From positions 930,001-994,000 of the forward strand of contig CP060758.1 of assembly GCA_023205875.1 (NCBI GenBank): a stretch of 64,000 nucleotides of DNA, read 5' to 3'. Position numbers and translations under genes: made by a program. This document shows, piece after piece, positions 25,101 to 37,100 of this stretch; the stretch's first letter is position 1; every line of letters starts with the position of its first letter. The DNA comes from Chloropicon primus (lineage: Eukaryota). A model generated the notes under the pieces. It had not been told where the DNA came from and made no database searches. It saw nothing but the letters and a program-made list of their open reading frames with translations.

Positions 25101-28100
25101 GCTAAGAGACAATGAAGTCGATGCAATTTCTTCTGAAGGCTCGTCCACCGATTTGATCCAGCCCAAAGATGCCCTGAAATGAGCAGTACCAAAGCCCGTG
25201 CTGTTCCTCTTGGAAAGCGAGGAGATGTCGAACTTTGCATCGCCGAGCGTATGCACACTAATCTGAACCACAACATCATCCGCCTTGCCCATGGATTGAG
25301 GCAGTACAAGAGGGGCAGGAATGGCAGCCTGTTCCACAACAATAGATGCAATCGCACCATCTGTCATGAGATGTCCAAGTGCCGAACCCATCTCCAGGTA
25401 TCCCGCACCAGGGTACAAGGGTTTGTTTTGAATCTGGTGATCCCACAAGTAAGAATGCAAGGCCCTTGTCAACGTCGTCTCAAGCTTGACAACTCCATCG
25501 ACATCCACGCGAGCACACTTCGACAACAAGGGGTGCACAGGAGGCAAAACCCAGCACCTCTGTGGTCGCCAGCTCAGTACTGCATTCTCCTTGTTGAACA
25601 CTGAAAACGGGGTACAACCCAAAATGGCATGACTGTTCGTTCCTTGGAACGCAAACGAGCTTACACCGCCCACAAGGTCGGCATCTGCGACATTTTGAGA
25701 GATACCAAAGGACAACTTTGGCAAGTTGTACTTCGAGTTCTCGTTTGATCCAATGATTTGGTGCAAGTGAGGGTTCACGCTACTCAAGTGAATTATGGGC
25801 GTGCTCGCTGCGTTCATCAAAGCGTCCATGGTGTGGATGAGGCCGGCCGCACCTGCGCCTGGTTCAGTGTGACCAATGCTTGATTTACCTGCAGCCAAGT
25901 TCAGAGGGTGGTCTGCTACACGATTTCCCATCAACACGGCATTCAAAGCACCGACTTCAATAGGATCGCCAAGTGGCGTTCCAGTACCGTGCATTTGCAG
26001 CAGACTTACGTCTGCACCGTCTAAAGACTTGTGTTGCAATGCTGCTCTTACGACCATTTGCTGTGCAGGACCATTAGGAGCAGTCAACGCACTGGATCTT
26101 CCGTCTTGATTTACAGCTGTTCCTAGCACGGCAACGGGCAGGCTGTCGCTGGAATCTGCTGCTCCACTGCTGTCATCAGCACTTTCCAGGCAAAGGGCAC
26201 CGCAGAATTCTCCCCTCACATAGCCATCTGCTGAAGCATCAAGGGTCTTGCACCTTCCGTCTGCACTGAGCATACCTGCCTTATGGAACATCATTGTTGT
26301 ATCTGGTGTTTGAGTGAGATTGATCCCAAAGATACTTGCTCTTTTCATGCTGATGTTGGTGCTGAATGTAGAGGTTGCAATAGACAATGCTACAAGGGAC
26401 GAGGAACAAGCAGTGTCGATTGACATGGAAGGACCTGTCAATGCAAACATGAAAGATATCCTTCCTGAAGCAACACTAAGTGCGGATCCTGACGCGGAAA
26501 ATGGAGTGATTCGATTGCTGTATTTGTCCACCAATCGAGAATGATCAATACTGGATATTCCCACAAAGATACCTGTGTCCATATTGGTTCTTTCGTGCAG
26601 TAGTGAATTTGCACACTGAAGAAGTAACCTTTGCTGGGAGTCTATGAAAATAGACTCATTCTTCGATAGAGCAAACGCAGAATGATCGAACTCCTGAGAT
26701 CCACTGAGGAAACTACCAAAAGCTGGTAAGCCTTCAAATGTCGAAGATTCACACCATCTGTAGTACGGAACTCGAGAAAGGGCATCCTTTATGCAACCTG
26801 GACCTGAAGCAGGTACGTGATCCATTTTGTGATGAGCACAAATAGCAAGATTCAGATCTCGTGCCAAAGGTACTGACGTTTTGAGAGTTTCATCAACAGC
26901 CACAACTTCCTCAGTATTTACGAGAGATTGTATGTGTTCAACCAGAGAGGAAGGAGTAGGATAATCAAACGCAACAGTACCAGGGAGCTCTATCCCCAAG
27001 GTCTGCTCGAGTTGATTCCTCAGCTCGACTGACGAGAGCGAATCAAGTCCATTTTCCATAAATAGACCATCCTTCTCAATACTTCGACCCAAAATATTTT
27101 GAAGCGTCACACCTACAACCCTTTTAAGTTGTTCAATGTCAAAGTGACAGAGTGTGGTCGAGGGAACAGTGTCTCCCTTGATTGCATCTTCCAAAGTCTC
27201 TTTTCTGAAGTCATAGACACCTTCAAAGAAACACTCATTGTCATCATTCATATACGAGCCAAGGAATTTGTGCCAGTCAACATCTAGTGCAGCTATCGAA
27301 GAAGGTCTATGCTCAACACTTCTATTTGAATTCATGATGTACGTATTGAGAAGAACTCCTTTCATTGGATCTAGTCCAGAAAGGCCTATTTTCTCAAGCC
27401 TCCTCAAATTATCCTGATTTCTTGCTGCCATTCCCACCTCTGCCCAAGCACCCCATTGGATTGACGATGACTTGAGTCCACGTGAAGACAAATCTGATAA
27501 ATATGCATCCATGTACGCATTAGAAGCAGTATAAGAGCACTGGCCAGGAGATCCAAGCACCACAGAAAATGAAGAGAAAGCCACCTCAACGTCGACCGGA
27601 AGTCTTTCACAAGCATCATGGACATTTTGTATTCCAGAGGCCTTCGGGGCAAACACGCTCCGTGCCCTGTTCAAATCTGTTTTCAGAATTGAGCTGTCAA
27701 CCAAGATTCCACTTGCATGGATAACTGTCAATGGTGAAGAAGCAAGATGAATCTCCTCGAACGATGACACCTCGTCTTTGCTCGTAACATCAACTTTGGA
27801 AAGCATCAATGTGTTTCTGCCATAGCACAGATTCGTCAATTTCGAATCTTTACTTGCGCTTGAAGCTTTTCCTGAGCGCCCCGTAAGAATCAATTCGTTA
27901 AAGCACTCACTTTGCATGCACGATGAAACAAAGAGTCCCAAAGAGCCAAGTCCTCCAAACATCGCCAGGGACTTGCAAGAATCCAATACAGAGTGCGTCA
28001 CGGAATCCACTACAACTTTGCCGATTTGCTTTGATGAAGCTAATCCTTTCAGGGCTCTGACAACAGAATCCATACTGAAAGACGTAAAGGGAAGTGGCAC

Positions 28101-31100
28101 ACATTCACCCAAACCCAAAAACGCAGCAGCTCGTTCCAGATATCTCGAATTGATATGCTGCGGCAAGAAATCCACAGCAAGCAGCTCGTATGTCACATCC
28201 TGACGCTCCATCCTCACAGACTGGCGTGACCAAATGTCACGCTTTCCAATCTCAACCATCCTACCTCCACTGCCCAAAGTGGACAAGGTTGCTCCTACCA
28301 TACCTGACGACGTCAAGGAGTTCAAAGCAATATCCACACCACCAGTGTAGGACACCAACTCTGGATACCGGGTATCTCTCGAGTTCACCACATGCTGAAG
28401 CCCCAACGACCTCAGCAAAGAGCGCTTGCGGCTACTTCCAGCCGTGGCCAAGGCGTTGGAACCACTGGCTTGGACAACCTGAAGAGCGGCAAGACCGACT
28501 CCTCCTGCTGCGGCGTGAATGAGGACATTGTCATTGCGCTGCATGCAAGACGCGTGGGAGAAGGCAATCTGCACTGTCACAAACACGGTGGGCACTGTGG
28601 CTGCGGCACTGAATCCAACATTACTGGGCAAAACGGACAGTAAATTCTTTGAGGTCACTGCATGAGAAGCTAACGAACCAATTGCAAAGCCGAATACAGA
28701 TGTTCCTGGTGCAAAAGCACTGCAATCACCTGAATTGAACACTGTCCCTGAACAATCTGCGCCAGGCATTCCAGGCTCTCCGGGATACATGTCCAAAATG
28801 TTGAGAACATCACGGAAATTTAATCCCACGGACGCAATTCTTATCTCAACTTCCCCGCAACTTAAGGGTGTGGTTGATGGCGAATACTGCTTCAAAGCTA
28901 AGCTCGAGAAGGATCCTCTTGGCTGGGGAACAATCTGGAAGGCAGAGACCTTCATAGGATTGACTCTGTGAGAGTCTCTTAACCTGGTCATCTGTGAATG
29001 GTATTCTGTCGTTCCGTCCGTAGTCAGTATGCCTTGGCCCCAGTTGGAATAACCTCCAGGGGAGACAAACGTATCAGATTCTGGAATTGTTTGTGACACG
29101 TGGTAAATCTTGGAGCTGTAATTGCATTCCTGTGTGAATGACTTGACTGCACCCCATATAGCATGCTGTAAGCATCTTGAATCAAGACTCCCATTTTCTG
29201 CCACAATTTTGTTTGCATCAAAGACGGACTTCAATTTCAGATGATATCGATCAATCTTCAAAGTACTTTCCAGATCTTGCATCAAGCTGAATGACGTCCA
29301 CAGTCCTGGAACTCTGCTGTTTCTTTGAGGATTATCCAGATCGTGAACAACAGTAAAGTTATTCCTGTCACCGGTCTCAAAGGCGATAGAAGTCATTTCT
29401 TGCTTGCTCTCTACCAGTGTGTTCTGCACACATAACCACGAGACATGGTACATCGAATCAGTCTTCTCCACCTTCATTGTTGCCATTTGAGTTTTGGCTT
29501 TGACGGCATATCCAAGGATGGACTCGATACTCGCAACATTATCACCCGAGGCTGTAGTCAGATTCAAATCGTTTGAAGACCCTGCAACAATTTCGGGTGC
29601 CAATGATGCAGTAGCGTAAGTGCTACAGACATCACTGCATCTTGAACAAACGTAGACTTCTATGGACACTGGGATTTCCGAAGATGGCTCTTCACCCTTG
29701 TCGACCTTGGAGATGACATCTCTTCCTGCTATAACGTGCAATGCAGCGTCTAAGACAGCAGGATCGACCAAAAAGTCATTGCTATTGACGTTTGAGCCAA
29801 TCTTGCCCACTGCTGTTGAGTGGTCTCCAACCCAAAGAGTTTCCAAGAGTTTGAACGCATCTTTGTACTGCAAACCAAGGTTCGACAGCTTGTTGTACAG
29901 ATCAACAACATTGCAAGGCCTGTACACGGCTTGCCGCATGAGTTTCTCGCTTGCCAAGTCATTCTCCAAGGGCTCGATGACACTGTATGAGCCTGCAAAA
30001 TGTTCTTCCCTGTCCGATCTCGAACAAAACTCTCCAGATACGTTGTTTAGACAAAAAGTCAAAGGAGCAGATTCCATGTTCAACACCAGCGCAGACATGA
30101 AAGCAATCTTCGTTGCTACAACGTTTTGTGAAGTTCTTCTATCGGTGAGCGCAAAACATTCAGAAGCGCATTCCAGAAAGGCGGCTCCGGGCAAAATATG
30201 CATCCCTTGGACAATATGATCATGCAGAAAGCCCAACGACGGTGCTCCCAAGTTGATTTCAATCATGAGAGTAGCATCACCACCATGCTTCAATGATGTT
30301 GTGAAGGGTCCAACTGATTCTCCTATGCAATAGAAAGCCATTGTAAAGAGAGAGCTGGGATTGGTTCCTGTGCTGATGTTGTTTGGACCTTCTGCCATGC
30401 TCACAACCACATTTGCATTTGTTCCCTGAAATGCAAAGGAGCTCACAGACCCATGGGAGACGTGTGCAGCCAGTGACCTGTTCAGGACACGCTCTTCCCT
30501 TGGCACAGAGCTTTGCTTGAGTGCAGGCACGACGTACGGATTGACGGATTTGAGATGACCAAACGAAGCTGACCTGTGCATGGCTGCCTCACAAATGAGC
30601 TGAAACAAACCTGAAACACCTGCTGCAGCTTCAGTGTGGCCAATCTTTGACTTCACGGAACTCAGGTTCAAAGGATCATCAGTTTTCGTCTGGCGGTATA
30701 CTGTTGTGAGTGCATTTACTTCAATAGGATCTCCTAGCGGAGTTCCAGTTCCGTGCATCTCAGTAAAGAGTATCTCGCTTGGTAATATTCTCCCTTTTGA
30801 CACAGCCTCAGAGAGAACTTGCTGTTGAGCGACTCCACTAGGAGCAGTGAGAGAGCTTGACCGCCCATCTTGATTCACAACCGCAGATACTATATGGACT
30901 CCAGAAAATACGGATTCTTCGCCCTCGTCCAAATTGCGTCTAGACAGCAGCACGAGACCACAGGCATCACCCCTGACATAACCGTCTGCTGATTCATCGA
31001 GAGTTTTACACCTTCCATCTCGGGCAAGCATACCAGACTGGTGGAACATCAGCGTGACCTCAGGGGCCAGAATTATATTCACACCCCCTGAGATGGCAAA

Positions 31101-34100
31101 TCCATAACTCGAGAGAGCCATACACGATTCTGCGGCATGCATTGTCACAAGAGATGAAGAGCAAGCTGTATCGATTGACACTGAAGGCCCCGAGCACCCA
31201 AACAGATATGATAACCTTCCAGCAGCTGCGCTGTGTGCATTACCTGTGCCCATGTAGGCATCCACTCTTTGCAGCAACACCTTTGTCATTGCAAAATGAT
31301 CCATTTGCGATATTCCTACATAGCAACTACACTGTGACAGCATGTCGTCGCTCAAACCATTGAGTACATTCGTGGCGTGCTGAACAAGAATTCTGTGCTG
31401 GGGGTCCATCATACTCGCTTCTGTGGCGGACATGTTGTAGAGAAGCCTGTCGAAGTTGTACACATCTTTCATGAAGTTTCCAAACCTTGGGATGCTTCCG
31501 TATCTTTCCATCAATACCTCAGAATCCCATACGGCATATGGCACAGCAAAGATGGCATCGGAGGGTTCTACGAGAGCATCTATGTTGTCCACCATATTCT
31601 TATTTGCAGTTGCATATGAGTATGCAAGAGGAAGAGTAACGAAGTTGCCCCCATCTACAACTTGAAGATGCGCTAAACTGGTCACTTCAGCATCAACTGG
31701 CGCTGTCTCCGGAGAAGTTGCTAGAAGATGGTCTGAAAGTGATGAAATCGTGGGATGATCAAATGCAATGGTGGCAGATACATCAATGTCAAGAGAGTCC
31801 TGTAAACTTGTGGCAAGCGCAACAGCAGTTGAAGAGGTCAAGCCGAAATCCCACAGAGAGTCATCACTTGAAATGTTTGAAATGCCTAGACAATCCTCTA
31901 CAGTCTTGGATAGCACCTCCATCAAGCCCTTTCTCGCCGTTGAAGCAGCTAGTTGAGAGGTATGACCAGTCGTCTCCACAGGAGTCATTGCATTGCCAGA
32001 CGCTTCCTCTTTCTCAGTAGACTTTTCGCTAACAAAATTATAGATTTCGTCAACGGAGCTGTAGTCAAAAAGAAGAGTGGCAGGAACCTCAAACGACAAA
32101 GCACTCTCAAGATCAGTACTAACTTTCACTGCAAGCATGGAGGTCATACCAGCATCCCATACAGATTGCGAGGTGTCTTCAATGTTGACCGACTGAGAAA
32201 TGCAGTCAAGAAGAATGGTCTTCAAGATATCAGGACTTGCATGAGACTGCGAAACTGCAGGCATCTCAAGCTTCACGCTCAAGTCAGGCATTGACGCGAT
32301 CGACTCTAAAACAAACAAGCTCGACATGCCGAAATCATTCTCTGCTGAGTTGCCCACGACACAGCACACAAAAATGCCGTCGACATCATACTCTGCAAGA
32401 AGGTTGAGCGCCACGGCGAGATCCCCCTCGCTCTCGCATTCCACGAGAATGACGGCCTCCCCCTCCTCTGCTTCGACGCCACCATGCGAGACAACTTCCC
32501 ACAGGTCCTTGCAGTCCTTCAAGGAGAAAGTTGTGGCACTGCCTTCGCCCTTGGACGCAAGGTAATTCTTGCGCAACTCCGTCTTCAGGATCTTTCCTGA
32601 CCCCGTGGTGGGCATCTCGGACACGATCAAGATGCGGGAGGGAACCTTGTACGAGGACAAAGCTTTCTGGCAGTGCCTCACCAAGTCTCTCTCGCTTGCG
32701 GAGCTACCTGGCTGAATTCTCACCGCCGCGGTCACCATTTCGCCCATAACGCTGTTTGGCACGCCAAAGACTGCTGCTTGCATGACAGAGGGGTGCTCCA
32801 TCAAAGCAGCCTCGACTTCGACACAGTACACGTTCTCTCCCCCGCACAGAATCATGTCCTTGCACCTGTCGATCACAGTGATGTATCCAGAGCCATTCAC
32901 CGTGGCCAGGTCTCCCGTGCGGAACCATCCGTCACGGAAAGCCTCCTTGTTGGCCTCTGGGTTGTTGGCGTACCCATCAAACACGGTGGGTCCCCTGCAC
33001 AGCACCTCTCCAACTTCGCCACTGTCCGGCTTGGCCTCGGTGCCAGCGTCCGTGACCACCTTCACATCCATAAGAGAAAACGGCCTTCCCGAGGTGCAGA
33101 TGAGGTCCAACAGGCTCTGCACGTCGAGGCTGCGCAGCTCCTCCTCGGACAGGATCGACATGGAGATCTTCCCGCAGCATTCGGTCATTCCGTAGGACAG
33201 GAAGAACTCGCACCCAAACGTCCCAATCGCCTTCTTCACGGTCGCCGGAACGAGCGGGGACCCTCCGCAGGAGAGAATTCTCAGCGTGGTGAAGTCCAGC
33301 GCCTGGCACCAAGGGCTGCTCACCATCAGGGTGACCATGGTGGAAGCAACGTTGCTTATGGTCACGCCCTCCCTCTCCATCGTCTGCATCGTCCTCACCG
33401 AGTCAAAGCTTTCCAGCATCACGTGGGTGCCCTGCACGTGCGTCACCGAGTATATTGCGAAGGCGTCCACCAGGTGGAACATGGGCGCGAAGTGCCCCCA
33501 CACGTCACTCTTGTTGATCCTCATGGCATCGATCGCCCCGCCAGAGTGCTTGCAGACTATGCCCATGCTCAGAATGACGCGCTTCGGCTTCCCCGTCGTT
33601 CCGCTCGTGTAGTACACCTGGTACGGACTGGCCAGACCAAGATCAACCTTGTTTCCGAAGAAGATTCCCCTGAGATCTCCACCGCCAAAGGCGTCCTCGT
33701 ACTTTCTGCACGACACCTCGTCGTCGAGCAAGGCGCGAGGAACGCCCCCGGGGCCCGACCTCACGACAAGAAGCAGCTTCACACTGGACTCCTGGCCGGC
33801 CTCCCTCATGGCGTCCACCGCACGGTCAAGAAGATCTTGATGCACAATCACCGTCGACGGCAAGGAGTCTCCAAGGATGTACGCCAGCTCGTGAGCGACG
33901 AGGCGGGTGTTCAGATTCACGACGCTCGCCCCCAACCACGCCGCCGCAAAGTGAACCTCAATGGTTTCGTGGATGTTGGGGAGCAGCACGCCAACGCTCG
34001 ACCCTTGACCCACTCCGTGGCCCTGGAGGAAGGAACCTAGCTCGCTGCACCTGCCGTGGAGCTCCTGGTAGGTGAACTTGGAGCTGCCGTCGACCACCGC

Positions 34101-37100
34101 CACCTTGTCCGGCACCTCCAGCGCCGCCGAGACCAAGGAATTCCATGGATGGTCCACTTGTGTGGCTTGGGGCATGATGTGTATTTTGCTTGGCCTGTGA
34201 CTTTCTTTCCGGGACGCAAGTTTCAAGTCCAAGACAGTGTCCTCCCAGGGCATGTAAGCCAAGGTCTCCAGCACTCGCACCAGCATAACTTTTGTTTTCT
34301 GTGCCGTCTTTCTCGTGAAAGCGTGCGCGTCATATGTCAGCATTCCAACGAGGGACCCGTTAGACGCTTTTCCAAGTGCAAGCCAATAATCAAATGCAGA
34401 CTCGGGCATCGGAAGGGAAAAGTTGTCGTAGTTCTGAGACAAGAAACTGAAGCAGGTCGTAAACAAGGGATTGCTTCCCGCAATCGTTCGTTTGGGCTGC
34501 AACCTCTTCAGCAAGCTCAGCCACGGAACATCGGGATGGTCAAAGGAGTCCAACGTCCTCGTCATCAGAAGTCTCAAGAATTCCACAATGGATTGACTGT
34601 TCGTAATTTGGGCTCTGACAGGGAGGATGCTGGAAAAGCACCCGATGGACGAGCCTATTTGTGACAACTGGGTGCTCTTGGATCTCAAGTCGAAGGGTGT
34701 ACCAAGCGTGATGTCATCAACATCGTTCGCCATCATATGCAACGTGAGAAACCACGCTCCGAAGACTGCATTGAACAATGTCAGATTCTGACGGGAAGCC
34801 TGTTTGAGAAGCCTCTGCGTGAGGTCTACAGAAACACCAATTTGAATGCTTCCAGCCGCCGTGTGCAGGGAGAGCTGCCTCTTGAAATCACACTCCAGGT
34901 TCAAGATCTCGAATTTTCCTCTTCGATCTTCTGTGAGGTAATTGTACCAGTGATCAAGGTTCTGTTTGGCATCATCCGGATCCACCTCGTTCCTACGTAA
35001 TGTTGACTCTATGAACAAGAGATCGCTTTCGCCTCCACCTCCTGACGTTGGAGGATCAGGCCGCTTCTGCAATCTCTCCAGGTACTCGGTTTTGACATCT
35101 TCCGCAATGATCCCCATGGATCTCCAATCTGCAACAATGTGGTGCGTTATGAACAGAACATTGTTTCCGTGAACGTGAATCCTCGTGATCGGACCTCGCA
35201 CGAGGTCGAAGGGGTGACTCATGGCCTCACTGAATCCCTTCTCCTCCTCGTACACGACGAGGTCAACCAATTCGCTGCTCGGCTTCACTCGGAAGTGCGA
35301 ACCGTCTGAAGAAAACACCACTCTGAGGATAGGGTGCTTTCTAAGGACGGACATGTATGCAGAGCGCAGAATGTCCACGTCGATGGAAGTATCCAGGCTG
35401 ATTACGCAATTCATGTTGTAGCAACTTGAGTGCGGTTTGAGCGTGAAGTGTGTCCAAAACACGAGCTGCTCCTCCGTAAGAGGCCATTCAGTGTGCACGA
35501 GAATACTTTGCAGCACCTTCTGTGCCTGCGCGTCCTCTTCCTTTGGCTTCCTTGGGGCAGCTGTCTCAGCCGTCAGAGCAATTCCTGGCTGGACATCGTG
35601 TGATTGGACACTCTTGACTCCTCCACCAATGAACTTGCTTATGTCGTCAATGGAGGGGTAATCAAAGATCAGGGTATTCGGAATCTGCAAACCAAAGTCA
35701 GAAGTCAGCCTGTTCTGCAATTCCATACCGCCCAAGGAATCTATGCCCATTTCGATCAAGGACTTGTCCTCTTCAACGTCGTCGTCCAGAATCTGAGCGA
35801 CAATTTTCGATACTCGCTTCTTAATGCTTTCGAGCAGAGTCGCGGACTCCGCGATGGCGTGGGCAGGTGTTGATGCCGCTGCATTGTCATCGTTGACCCG
35901 GAGGACTTCCCTCTGAAACATAGCACCGACTTTGCTGACCTCCAATGGCGACGCAAGGATCTGGCTCTTCCCCGACAGCCACAACTTCTGCCTCACGAAG
36001 ACCTCGTTCAGAACTCGGAGTCCCTCTTGAGTTGGAAGAGTCCCCAAACCCTGGCGGTGCAACCGCTGCAAGACTTGCTTGTCCCTTGCCGCCATCCCCA
36101 AGTCTCTCCAGCCTCCCCACTGGATGCTCGTGGAAGGGACTCCGGACATCCTCAAGCTGTCGCACAGGAGATCCATGAAAGAATTCGCTGCAGAGTAATT
36201 GGCTTGGCCAGCTGTTGGAACCACTGACGCAATCGATGAGAAGCACACCAGCGACGTAATGGGCTGCAATGGAAGTGATACCAACCTCTGCAACCCTTCC
36301 ACCTTTGGTTGGAAGCAGCTTCGACTGCTTGACACAGTCTGCGACCTGAGCAGACCGTCAAAGAGACCCCCGGCAGCATGGACCACGCTCCTGATATCCG
36401 AGAAGGCGAACGGATGTGCAACATCTTCGGAGAAGGACACGTCGCAGAGCGAAGCCGTGTACGAGCACAAATCAGGCAACCTCCGAGAAGGCAACGTTCT
36501 GCCGACAAGGACCACGGACTTCCCTTGCCTGGATTGGTACCACCTGGCAGAGCAAAGACCAATATCCCCCATCCCGCCCGTAAACAGGCAGCTACCTCTG
36601 ACTTCGTGATCTGCACCAAGGGTGTTGGTTGCTAGGCGGTCGGACAGGATAGAAGAGTAGAGCACGTTCGATCTGCACGAGGATCCCAGCACACTGGTTC
36701 CCCCGAATTTTGCGGTGGAGGTTGAGTACACGTCCTGGTCCAAGGCCTCCAAAGTCGTTTGGGGATACTCCTTGAACATTGTTCGGAGCATGGACCAGTG
36801 GAAGACGCCATCACCTCCCCATCCCTTCTTCGCGTTTGTGACGCCACCCTTCGAAGATGGCAGCACGCTGAAGGTCTCAAGGCGCAGGCTCGTGCTCAGA
36901 TTCGTGCTCGCGATTCGAGTCGCGATGCTCAGAACGGCGAGATAAGTCCACAAAGGGGCGGCGCCCGCCTTGCTGTGGAACGTGTGCGCACTCCCAACGG
37001 TGAGATTGGCACTTCTGGAATCAAATGGAACAGAAGGCTCACTCGCACTAGGACCGAAGGCAAGATGACGGATTGTGTACATCATCTTGCTTTTCCTGGA

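Noticed and set aside
13881..28631. Shared blocks alternating with unique blocks as a CRISPR-like or cassette-switching array
   Set aside because: Blocks are hundreds to thousands of bp, coding and in frame; no short regular repeats, cas or recombinase gene seen.
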